A stretch of 64,000 nucleotides of DNA from assembly GCA_045635825.1 (NCBI GenBank), contig JAZTWM010000006.1, positions 12,265-76,264 of the forward strand, in the 5' to 3' direction. Below the pieces are notes generated by a model. The model was given only the letters and a program-made list of their open reading frames with translations, had not been told where the DNA came from and ran no database searches. This document shows positions 20,383-29,124 of the stretch, one piece after another (position 1 is the first letter of the stretch; each line of letters begins with the position of its first letter). The position numbers and the translations under genes were made by a program. Source of the DNA: Candidatus Enterousia sp. (GTDB taxonomy: Bacteria > Pseudomonadota > Alphaproteobacteria > Rs-D84).

Positions 20383-22935
20383 ATGAAGAGAGTTTTAATT
20401 TTTGCAGTAAATATAATGCTGTGTGTTGGGCTGGCGTATGCCGGGGTTCGTGATGGCACGGCTGTTTTACGTGCAAAAACAGACAAGACGACATCACAAA
20501 GTCGTGTGTCAACTGTTGCTAAGCGTGCTAGTGTGCCGCGTTCGGCTGTATTGACCCCACGCAAGGAATCGCCGTCACGTGGTTCAAATGTTGCGGAAAG
20601 AAAGCAAAATGCGCGTGGTGGTGTGGTTGCACGTGCCGCCAATGTTACTGTGGGGCGTGGTGCATCAGGCGTAGTAGGACGTAATGGTCAAAATCTTCCC
20701 AGAACTTCAATTATAGAGGAAACGCCTGCCTTGATGTCCAGTACACGTACGGGTGCAGAATATGAACGCTGTAAAAATACTTATTTTTCATGTATGGATC
20801 AGTTTTGTATGCTGAAAAATGATGATTATCGTCGTTGTTCTTGTAATGACAGGGTGTTTGCATTAGATGAAGAACGGCAAACCTTACAAAGTGCAGGTGA
20901 AAAAATAACCGTTTTTAATGAGCAGTTGGATGTTGTTGGTATGACTGCAAGTCAGGCAGAGGCGATGCGTAAAGAATCAGAAGGCGAGCAGGCATTGACG
21001 GGTGATAATTCTGCATCTAAGGCATTGTTACAGGCGATTATGAATTCTATTCGTGGAGAGGATGGTACGGTTGCGGGGAAATACGCAGGGTTAAATAGTG
21101 TAAATATTTCATTTGATACGGTGAATGCTTTTGGTATGACAGATATTGGCCAGGCAATTGCTTCTTATAATGGAAATGCCCTGTATAGTGCGGTCTATCC
21201 ACAGTGTCGTGATGCGGTTCGTGCAGATTGTAATGATGCATCATTGCAGCGTGCAATAACTGCATACTTAATGGCGGTAGAACAGGATTGTAATACTGTA
21301 CAGACGGCACTGGAACAAACACGTAAAAAGACCAAGGCGGCAGTTCGTGAAAGCAGTGCAATGTTGGATTTAGCACGTGTTGAAAATCGTCAAAAGCACA
21401 ATTCATCCGATATTACAACATGTGTCAATGATGTTGAAACAGCAATTCTGAGTGAAGAGGTTTGTGGGGCAGGGTATCATAAATGTTTGGATAATGGTGA
21501 ATATATTGATATCTCTACGGGAAAGCCGATTGCCGGTGTTAAAGATTTTTATAAACTGGGGGATATGTTAAAGTTTAGTGACGGGGTTGATGCAGTGCAT
21601 CAAAAGTTGTCTAAGAACTCTAGCAATCGTATGTTTGTTCAGAACTTTGAGTCGCGTGTAAAAATGTTTGCAATGCCTGCATTGGACAAGTGTGTAGAAG
21701 ATGCAGATTTTGTTTGGGCGGAATACTTGGATAGGGCGATGTTGTCTATATATTATGCGCAAAAGTCCAAGGTGGAAGAGATAAAACAGGGCTGTTTTGA
21801 TTATGTGTCATCGTGCTATATGAGTACGGATGATGCGATTTCTGGTGCAACGGATGTGCTGACAGGGGATAGTTCTGTTTTGATTCAGCCTGATAAGATT
21901 GCGTTAAATAATCAGATGTGTACAGATTATATCGAATCTTGCAACAATATGTTCGATAATAATATTATTGCTGATTATATCGAGAATATTACCAATACAG
22001 ATACTTTGACGGCATGTCGTGCGGTTGTAAAGCAATGTTTTGATAAATATGGTGGTATGAATTATGAAAACTTTTATTACCCGTACAGTGGTTTGTTTGC
22101 ACCGGGTTCTGCCGAGGCACCAGATTGGTTTACGTTGTATACTTTGAAGACAGAACAAGATGGGCGTGTTGTGTATGAAACCAATGCGGACGGTTCTTTT
22201 GCGTATAAGTCAGAATGTGCAAAACAGTTGCAGACGATTCCTGCGTGCAGTTCGCCTGAAATTATAGAGCGTGCATTTGGTGGATTAGATTATAATACCA
22301 TGACGGTTGAGTATGGTGTGTTTGTTGCAGATACTGGGTCGTTTGCTGCAGAAGCATGGGCTGAACGTAATTTGCGTTCAACAGGTGTTGCGACCGAGGT
22401 TTATAATCAGATTATTTCTATTTTGTCAACCCAGTGTATGAATTTGCAGGGGCGTTTTGTAGAGGTGCAGTTTATGCCGGATGTGTATGAACAGGATAAT
22501 TATTGTGTGTCCAAGTTTGGGGAAGATGGGGGAAAGTATCAATCTTTCGTTGGCTTGTATGGTATTGGTGATGGCGAGAATATGTGTCCACGTGATTATT
22601 CTTTGGGGGTTGCAACACAATCATGGGGGGCTTGTTTGTGTTGGGAAAATGGTGGCAGGCGTAGTAAATGGGGCAAGGCGGCAAAATGTATGCCTGTGTT
22701 GCCGGTAAATGATAGTGGGGATGATATTGCGTGCAGTTCGGGTACTTTTACTACGGTTACAACTTCATCGGATTTTAGTGAAGATGCATGGTGCGTACAA
22801 GATGTGATTAACAAGGGGTTGAACCAGGTTTGTCCTTTGGGGGGATCTGTGATGCAGGATCTTGATAATTCTAATGGGTATTGTGCAACCAAAGATGGCA
22901 AGGCTTTGTTAAAGGTTCCAGAAGGTGTTAAATAA
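20383..22935 (+). CDS. Large exported Cys-rich hypothetical protein
   Basis: Signal peptide MKRVLIF...AYA, Arg/Ser/Ala-rich linker, many paired Cys in predicted helical segments; terminator at about 22952-22978. Confidence 0.85.
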   Translation: MKRVLIFAVNIMLCVGLAYAGVRDGTAVLRAKTDKTTSQSRVSTVAKRASVPRSAVLTPRKESPSRGSNVAERKQNARGGVVARAANVTVGRGASGVVGRNGQNLPRTSIIEETPALMSSTRTGAEYERCKNTYFSCMDQFCMLKNDDYRRCSCNDRVFALDEERQTLQSAGEKITVFNEQLDVVGMTASQAEAMRKESEGEQALTGDNSASKALLQAIMNSIRGEDGTVAGKYAGLNSVNISFDTVNAFGMTDIGQAIASYNGNALYSAVYPQCRDAVRADCNDASLQRAITAYLMAVEQDCNTVQTALEQTRKKTKAAVRESSAMLDLARVENRQKHNSSDITTCVNDVETAILSEEVCGAGYHKCLDNGEYIDISTGKPIAGVKDFYKLGDMLKFSDGVDAVHQKLSKNSSNRMFVQNFESRVKMFAMPALDKCVEDADFVWAEYLDRAMLSIYYAQKSKVEEIKQGCFDYVSSCYMSTDDAISGATDVLTGDSSVLIQPDKIALNNQMCTDYIESCNNMFDNNIIADYIENITNTDTLTACRAVVKQCFDKYGGMNYENFYYPYSGLFAPGSAEAPDWFTLYTLKTEQDGRVVYETNADGSFAYKSECAKQLQTIPACSSPEIIERAFGGLDYNTMTVEYGVFVADTGSFAAEAWAERNLRSTGVATEVYNQIISILSTQCMNLQGRFVEVQFMPDVYEQDNYCVSKFGEDGGKYQSFVGLYGIGDGENMCPRDYSLGVATQSWGACLCWENGGRRSKWGKAAKCMPVLPVNDSGDDIACSSGTFTTVTTSSDFSEDAWCVQDVINKGLNQVCPLGGSVMQDLDNSNGYCATKDGKALLKVPEGVK

Positions 22936-22993
22936 AGTAAAATGCCAAAAGAAAAACCCGCAATTTGCGGGGTTTTTTGTTGGTATCTTATTT

Positions 22994-24097
22994 TTAAAAC
23001 AGGTATTTGACTGTCAAACTGCCAATCCAACCATCACGTGCGCCGTCACGACGACCAAATGTACCTGTAAAATTAAAGTCTGCGACATTCTTTTCTAGTG
23101 ACAGGCTGTATTCTTTAAAGTTGCCTGTTTCCAGTGTTGATGTTGCGATGTTATTTACGGTTAAGTCGTTGTTAGATGTAGACATTATCGCGTATTTTGC
23201 ATTTATTGATCCAAACCATCCGTTTGCAATATGTTTGATAGCACGTATAGATGGTGCGAATTCAAATATGCTAAGTGCGTTGTTTTTTATTTCATCACCA
23301 TTGGCGGATTGATATTCTTCGCCCCTTATCCAAGTGTATGCCAAGTGTACGCCAGGCTGTATTGTAAATGTTTGATCCAATGTGAAATCGTATGTTGCGT
23401 TTATTGCACCGCCGGCCCAGAAATTAGAGTATTCGTCTGTGCCATCTGTTGTTGTTGCGGAATTGTTCAGTACGCCACCGTTGATGGTTGTGTACAGTCC
23501 CAGGTCGCCAAATACATTGCCGTTATAGATGCCAAAGAAGCCACCTTGTTCATCAATGTTGATGTGCTTGTTCTTTTGTTCACCGTTTATAAATCCTGTA
23601 TATAGTCCCCATTTAGATAGGCCACCAGCAAATTCGGATGTGCCGCCGGCGACGCCGAACATGAATATATCGGCGTCTGAATCTAATCTGTCAAAATTGT
23701 CAAACTTTGCATTGTCGCCCATATGTTGCCAGTTTGCCCACAGACTGTTTAATGTTGCGTCTGGGTTTACTGTGTCGCCACCACTGCGACCAGCTGTGCC
23801 GTCATCGTTGTATTCACCGTATAGTGGGGCACGACCATACATGGGGGCACGACCGTATGTGCTTGCAGGGTTTTCGTTTGCCTGGGCATTTATTGCCTGG
23901 GTTCTTAGTTTTTGGCCGCCCATTGTGCCACGCATAGAACCGGCAAATGATGAAAACATCGTTTGTGTTACAGAATGTTGTATTGCCGCGATATTGTGGG
24001 CAGATATTGTGTTGGCGTACATGTGTGCCGATGCATTTGCGTCGATTGTTCCCAATATGGCAAACAATGATATGTTGAATAATATGTTCTTTTTCAT
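22994..24097 (-). CDS. Autotransporter-type beta-barrel outer membrane protein with a very short passenger
   Basis: Signal peptide, amphipathic beta strands, IQPG..L.Y, C-terminal VKYLF. Confidence 0.75.
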   Translation of the reverse strand: MKKNILFNISLFAILGTIDANASAHMYANTISAHNIAAIQHSVTQTMFSSFAGSMRGTMGGQKLRTQAINAQANENPASTYGRAPMYGRAPLYGEYNDDGTAGRSGGDTVNPDATLNSLWANWQHMGDNAKFDNFDRLDSDADIFMFGVAGGTSEFAGGLSKWGLYTGFINGEQKNKHINIDEQGGFFGIYNGNVFGDLGLYTTINGGVLNNSATTTDGTDEYSNFWAGGAINATYDFTLDQTFTIQPGVHLAYTWIRGEEYQSANGDEIKNNALSIFEFAPSIRAIKHIANGWFGSINAKYAIMSTSNNDLTVNNIATSTLETGNFKEYSLSLEKNVADFNFTGTFGRRDGARDGWIGSLTVKYLF

Positions 24098-24242
24098 AAT
24101 TCTACTCTCTCTTGTTGTCATTATGATGTGTTTTATTATAGCATAAAAATCCTATTATTAAAAATGATAAATATAATGGGCGTTACGTTCAAAAATGTTT
24201 TTTATTGTAGTTTTGATAAAATCTGTTATGATATTTATCATT

Positions 24243-24806
24243 ATGGCAAATGAAGTTTGTGAAGAGTTTATAGATAGACCGGTCGTTATGGTTGGACTGA
24301 TGGGGGCAGGTAAAACAAGTGTTGGACGTGCCTTGGCCCGTAGGTTGGGTATACCATTTGTTGATTCAGATAAAGAAATTGAAATGGCGGCAGGTTGTAG
24401 CGTTGTTGATATTTTTTCAATGTATGGTGAAGAAGAGTTTAGACGTGTGGAACAGCGTGTAATTGAACGCTTGTTAGATACGCCGCCTGCTTTGAAAGTG
24501 ATTTCCACAGGCGAGGGGGCTTTTATAACGCCGGCAGTGCGTGAAATGGTTTTGGCGCGTGCGTTATCTGTTTGGTTGCGTGCGGATTTGGATTTGTTAG
24601 TTCGGCGGACGGGGGCGCGTGATACACGTCCGCAGTTGTTGAATACAGATAGTCGTAAAATACTTTCTCAGTTAATAGATGAACGTTATAAGATATATGC
24701 TTTGGCGGATATTACGGTCGAGACACGGGACGAAAACCTGCGTAAGACATTGGGTAAGGTTTTGAAGGCGATAGAGGATTATTCTAATAAACAAGATAAG
24801 GAGTAA
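24243..24806 (+). CDS. aroK: Shikimate kinase
   Basis: GLMGAGKTSVG, DSD.EIE, GEEEFR..E, RP.L. Confidence 0.93.
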   Translation: MANEVCEEFIDRPVVMVGLMGAGKTSVGRALARRLGIPFVDSDKEIEMAAGCSVVDIFSMYGEEEFRRVEQRVIERLLDTPPALKVISTGEGAFITPAVREMVLARALSVWLRADLDLLVRRTGARDTRPQLLNTDSRKILSQLIDERYKIYALADITVETRDENLRKTLGKVLKAIEDYSNKQDKE

Positions 24807-24809
24807 AAA

Positions 24810-25385
24810 ATGGCTAAAAAGAAAAATATATTTAAAGAATTTGGTTCTTTTGTTCAACGTGGTAATGCAATCGATATGGCGGTTGGTATTATCGTTGGTA
24901 GTGTTATGACCAGTGTTGTAAACTCTTTGGTGAAGGATGTTTTGATGCCACCGATTGGTTTGTTGGTTGGTGGGGTTGATTTCTCTCAGTTGTTTGTGAC
25001 GTTAAGTGCATCTGCTGAAAAGTTTGAAACGATTGCACAGGCACAGGCTGCAGGTGTGGCGACATTGAATTATGGTATGTTTTTGAATTCGGTGGTTAGT
25101 TTCTTTATTACGATGTTTGCAATATTCTTGTTTGTTCGCACAATGAATAAAATGCGTGATAAGAAACCTGCAAACACCCATGCATGTCCATATTGTACAT
25201 CAAATATCAGTAATTCAGCGACAAAATGCCCATTTTGTTGTTCTGAGGTAGCCCCAGTCGAGACAGCGGCTGTAGAGGATAGCGAGTTGAAAAAAAGCAT
25301 CAAGGGTGTGACAAAAATGGCGGGACATGTGGCAGATGGCGCGTTAAGCAAAATTAAAAAAATTAAAAAAATTACAAAGAAATAG
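24810..25385 (+). CDS. mscL: Large-conductance mechanosensitive channel with C-terminal CxxC..CxxC extension
   Basis: FKEF..RGNAIDMAVGIIVG, SLVKDVLMPPIG, NYGMFLN. Confidence 0.95.
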   Translation: MAKKKNIFKEFGSFVQRGNAIDMAVGIIVGSVMTSVVNSLVKDVLMPPIGLLVGGVDFSQLFVTLSASAEKFETIAQAQAAGVATLNYGMFLNSVVSFFITMFAIFLFVRTMNKMRDKKPANTHACPYCTSNISNSATKCPFCCSEVAPVETAAVEDSELKKSIKGVTKMAGHVADGALSKIKKIKKITKK

Positions 25386-25417
25386 GGCGGTTTATAAATA
25401 TTTTGCTTTAAGTTTGG

Positions 25418-25448
25418 TCGGCGGATAAAAATGTCCGCCGATTTTTTT
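25418..25448 (+). terminator. Intrinsic terminator after mscL
   Basis: TCGGCGGATA-AAAA-TGTCCGCCGA plus T run. Confidence 0.8.
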
Positions 25449-25707
25449 GCTTGTTGTTGGTGGGTTATGTATAGTTTGCTGGGAAAGGTGGGATGGTTCT
25501 TTGTGGGCTTGGGCGTTAAATGTAATTCGTGTTTGTGTCGTATAGTTTGGGCGTGATCTTGTGTGTTGTAATCGGTAAGAGGTGATGGCGATTTTGATGT
25601 GGTGGTGTGTCGTTTGGGGAGTTTTTTTATGGTGGTGTAATAATTTATATGTGATTGTGCGTTTCGAAAAAAAAGTCCGGAAAACAGCGGGGTGTAGCGA
25701 TTGCTAA

Positions 25708-25735
25708 AAGGCGTATAATGTATATTATGTATAGT
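25708..25735 (+). other. Probable dif site (XerCD chromosome dimer resolution)
   Basis: AAGGCGTATAA-TGTATA-TTATGTATAGT vs E. coli dif GGTGCGCATAA-TGTATA-TTATGTTAAAT; lies in a ~1 kb non-coding gap; GGGCAGGG motifs converge on it. Confidence 0.75.
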
Positions 25736-25738
25736 TTT

Positions 25739-26013
25739 GTGTGCTGTGGGCCACTAAACAATACCTAATATGTGTGCTTGTGTTTGTTGTGTTTTGGTGT
25801 GCTGTGGCCCACTAAACGGATACATAATATGTGTGCTGGTGTTTGTTGTGCTTTGGTGTGCTGTAGCCCACTAAACAATACATAATATGTGTGCTGGTGT
25901 TTGTTGTGCTTTAGTGTGTGCTGTGGCCCACTAAACGTATACATGATATGCGTGTGCTTGTGTTTGTTGTGCTGTGGTCCATTAAACGTATACATAATAT
26001 GTGTGTTTGTTGT
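25739..26013 (+). repeat. Imperfect tandem repeat, ~59 bp unit, nearly 5 copies
   Basis: Unit GTGTGCTGTGGCCCACTAAACGTATACATAATATGTGTGCT(G/T)GTGTTTGTTGTG repeated with substitutions and small indels; no unique spacers. Confidence 0.9.
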
Positions 26014-26410
26014 CTTGACCCGTTCCCATTCCTTGGCTATGTTTTTGGGTCGTTATTTGTAAATCTATATTTTTACAAATGCGGTTTAATTGTTTGTAAT
26101 TTGTGGATAGTTTGCTGTAATTGGTTGCGTGTTTGACTGTTGTGTAATATTGTGTTCTTTTGGTGGTTTGGACTTAAAAATGATGATTTTTGTGCCCTAT
26201 TTTGCTCGTTTTTTTGAAAAAATGGCGGATTTCTGCGGTTTTTTAGTGTTTTATGGCCGTTAGGGGTGATTTTTTGATGCTTTTTGTGGTGGGGTTGGGG
26301 TGTTTTTTATAGTGTTGTGGGGTATGGTGTGTGGTACCCTGCTTTGTTGTTAATGTAAAACTTTAACGTGTTACAATTGTTATTTGTTTGTAGCTAATAA
26401 TGTTTAAGAT

Positions 26411-26438
26411 AAAAAGCACGCCGATTGGCGTGCTTTTT
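26411..26438. terminator. Intrinsic terminator
   Basis: AAAAAGCACGCC-GATT-GGCGTGCTTTTT. Confidence 0.75.
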
Positions 26439-26754
26439 ATCGTTGTTTTTGTAATTTGATTGCCTTGCGGTGGTATTTTTGTGCTTGTTTTTTATATGTT
26501 TGTGCACTGTTGTGTGCCATATGTCCCAGGTAGAACATTAATAGTGCCAGCCCCAGTTGGGTGTAATTTGGATCGCTGTTATCATTGATTAGAGATAGTA
26601 TGTTTGCAATCAATAATGTAGCTGCAGAACAGTTTGCAACCACGCATGCAATTTTAGCATGGTTTACCTGACGCATTGTGTTTGCGTGCAATGTGTCATA
26701 TAATTCGATTTTATCTGGGTGATGATTGTTTGTTTTGGTGTGTACAGACGACAT
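26437..26754 (-). CDS. Small two-TM hypothetical protein with basic tail
   Basis: SD AAGGA; two hydrophobic segments; ends KLQKQR. Confidence 0.7.
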   Translation of the reverse strand: MSSVHTKTNNHHPDKIELYDTLHANTMRQVNHAKIACVVANCSAATLLIANILSLINDNSDPNYTQLGLALLMFYLGHMAHNSAQTYKKQAQKYHRKAIKLQKQR

Positions 26755-26769
26755 AATGTGTATTCCTTT

Positions 26770-27201
26770 TTATTTTTGTTTGTTGTATTTTGATGGAAAC
26801 AAAACCTTGCCCAAGGTATTTTGCATATATTGATCTGTGCATTTGCCTGTCGCCAATTGGCAAAAACAATGCATACGACGTATTGGTCGTGTCGTACCTG
26901 CGATGGAAAAGTCTGGATCGCATTTGCAAATCTGGATATCGCATACGTTATTCAGGTTCAGTGTTGAATGGTCGCTGCGATTGCCACACGATGGGCCGAT
27001 GTGGTAAATAGTTGTTGCCGAAATGCCATGATTGACTAAACAAGAGTCTGGCTTTGGGTGGCGGTTGTCAAGTATCGCCTGTAGCAATTTTTCCGCTTTG
27101 AATAATGTGATTTTATCCAGTTTGTGCAGTTTCAGTAATTTTTGCAATTCTGGACAGCGGGTTACGATACGCAATTTGGTTTGTGTTAATTTTTCGTTCA
27201 T
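26770..27201 (-). CDS. Cys-rich hypothetical protein
   Basis: Start MNEKL at 27201; C-terminal CFCQLATGKCTDQYM..LG..LFP..YNKQK. Confidence 0.7.
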   Translation of the reverse strand: MNEKLTQTKLRIVTRCPELQKLLKLHKLDKITLFKAEKLLQAILDNRHPKPDSCLVNHGISATTIYHIGPSCGNRSDHSTLNLNNVCDIQICKCDPDFSIAGTTRPIRRMHCFCQLATGKCTDQYMQNTLGKVLFPSKYNKQK

Positions 27202-27221
27202 GCGTGTACCAATATTATAAG

Positions 27222-27494
27222 TTAACGGCATTTTTGTTTGTAGTTGTCGCACAATGTTGCGATTTGAGAGGCTAAACGTTGCCCTGCTTGGAATGTTGGG
27301 CATGTGTACGGAAAGATTAATTGTACTTTGCCTTCGGCATCTACGTAGTATTTGATTGTTTTTGTTTGGATTTTTGGATAAATAATGCCGTCTGTGTCGC
27401 GTATTGCGTAAATATAGCAGGCACGTGGACAACCGTCGCAACGCATTTCTGGTAGTTTTGCTTCGTGTGGCATTTGGTGGAATTGTGTGAACAT
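27222..27494 (-). CDS. Hypothetical Cys-motif protein (CxxCxxxC...CDxYKQxCR family)
   Basis: SD AAGGA; paralog of 2866..3144. Confidence 0.75.
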   Translation of the reverse strand: MFTQFHQMPHEAKLPEMRCDGCPRACYIYAIRDTDGIIYPKIQTKTIKYYVDAEGKVQLIFPYTCPTFQAGQRLASQIATLCDNYKQKCR

Positions 27495-27616
27495 TTTTAT
27501 ATCCTTTGATTCTGTGTTTTTTATTTCAAGCGGATAATAGACAAAAGAAAATCACTTGTCAAGTGATGCCCCTGCCCGCTTGCTTGTAAAAAATCCCGCA
27601 GTTGCGGGATTTTTTA

Positions 27617-27934
27617 TTATCTTAGTCCTTTGGCACGACAACAGGCCGATGCGGCGGATTTCCAATCAGAGTATTGCTTTGATGGGGCGCGTAAATCACG
27701 CCATGGCTGCCAACCGCTGCAACGTTTTTTACTGCCTGTGCCAGTGCATTTTGCATAGCGACGCAATGTGCAGGTTTGTGCCGATGTTTTGCCTGTATCG
27801 GTTGTGCATTTTACAACAACATTTTGGTTTTTTGCATCATTCTTTCCCATTTCTTTGGATGACATAACCTGATATGCCCCAGCGCTGCAAATGGTGGATA
27901 TAACTAGCAGTGTTGTAAATAAATACTTCTTCAT
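27617..27934 (-). CDS. Small exported basic Cys-rich protein
   Basis: Signal peptide MKKYLF...AGA; 6 Cys in the mature part; terminator at about 27589-27614. Confidence 0.75.
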   Translation of the reverse strand: MKKYLFTTLLVISTICSAGAYQVMSSKEMGKNDAKNQNVVVKCTTDTGKTSAQTCTLRRYAKCTGTGSKKRCSGWQPWRDLRAPSKQYSDWKSAASACCRAKGLR

Positions 27935-27999
27935 TGGTTATCCCCTTTTGATACTGATATTATAAATCTTTGCGTTTCGAAAAACAATAAGAATAAATG

Positions 28000-29124
28000 T
28001 CAACGTGTTAATGGGTCTGTTGTTGGTTCGTGGCAACCGTTTTCACGCGTTAGTTTGACACGATTCATCCAGCCTTTTAAGAACTTTTTATTATTTCCAC
28101 GCTTGGATACCTGGACAAAATATTGTTGCATGTCGTCAAGATAATCGTTGTGCAAATCACCGTTATAGGTTTCAGCGGCACGTGCAACTTCATCGTCAAT
28201 TTTACTGCGTTCTGGTATTTTTAATACACGACAAAAATGTTTGATTCCTGTGACAGGGCCGGATGCCCAGCCAAAGGTGAAAACATCGCCACGAACATAG
28301 TCTGGTAATTTTTCAATGCCATGTTGACGATAGTATTTGCGATTAGCAATATCTTCGGCACCGGCACGTGTTAGATTGCGAACGTTAACCTCTGGATTGT
28401 TGTTTTGTGATATGCCATAGCATGTGTAACCGCCAGAATCGTCTTTGTCATGACCACAATCGCCTTCGGCACGAAATGTTGTAATCATAATTTTTTCAAA
28501 CGCAGGGTCTGATTGTGCATATTTACCGCTGGTTAAGATTTTGTTCAAGAAATGCTGACTGCGTTGTGGTGGTGTACATGGGCCATTGCGGACAGTTTTA
28601 TTTGCGATTACAGGCCGTCCAAAGGTATCGGTACCCACCGCACGTCCATTTGTGGTTGCTGTGGGTTGTGTTTGTGCCGTTGTGGGATATTGCGACTGTG
28701 TGGTTTGTTGCGTTTGCTGTGCCGTTGTTTGTTGTTCTGGGGTGGTTTGACGGTCGCCGATAGCCACGACTTCTTCGAATGCACCGGGTTTTTGCACGCA
28801 GTATTCATCGTCTAATGGATATTTGTCGCAGTATTGTTCGTGTGTCATTTTATGATAGTCTTGTTTTCGTTCCAGTTCTGCACGACTAATCATTCGGTCC
28901 AAATATGCTTCTTCGGATTCAACGTCAATTGTGTGAAATGCACTGGCATTGGCATAAGGGGCATACCCAGTTGATGCGTTGCTCGTCCGTTTGTTAAAAG
29001 AATAATCCATAGATGTTTTTGGTGCATTTTCTACACGTAATAATGATTTGGACAATCCGTATGCGGATGTGCATACGCCAGTCATGATGAATAATAATAA
29101 AAAGTGGCGTGTAAAATTATTCAT
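28000..29124 (-). CDS. Exported GH108-like muramidase with an unnamed N-terminal module
   Basis: AEGDCGHDKDDSGGYTCYGISQ resembles GH108 EGG...D.GG.T..GI; C-terminal KFLKGWMNRV; signal peptide; start overlaps the upstream stop. Confidence 0.8.
   Translation of the reverse strand: MNNFTRHFLLLFIMTGVCTSAYGLSKSLLRVENAPKTSMDYSFNKRTSNASTGYAPYANASAFHTIDVESEEAYLDRMISRAELERKQDYHKMTHEQYCDKYPLDDEYCVQKPGAFEEVVAIGDRQTTPEQQTTAQQTQQTTQSQYPTTAQTQPTATTNGRAVGTDTFGRPVIANKTVRNGPCTPPQRSQHFLNKILTSGKYAQSDPAFEKIMITTFRAEGDCGHDKDDSGGYTCYGISQNNNPEVNVRNLTRAGAEDIANRKYYRQHGIEKLPDYVRGDVFTFGWASGPVTGIKHFCRVLKIPERSKIDDEVARAAETYNGDLHNDYLDDMQQYFVQVSKRGNNKKFLKGWMNRVKLTRENGCHEPTTDPLTR

Noticed and set aside
25170-25250. CxxC..CxxC tail on MscL as a novelty
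   Set aside because: Zinc-ribbon-like C-terminal extensions on MscL are already familiar from other bacteria.
25739-26013. CRISPR array
   Set aside because: Whole units repeat with no unique spacers, and there are no cas genes in the window.
25765-26136. ORFs 25765..25995(-) and 25918..26136(+)
   Set aside because: They are translations of the tandem repeat with no SD or protein-like features.
25450-26400. Replication origin in the long non-coding gap
   Set aside because: Only one imperfect DnaA-box-like sequence seen (TGTGGATAG near 26102); a dif-like site with converging KOPS fits better.
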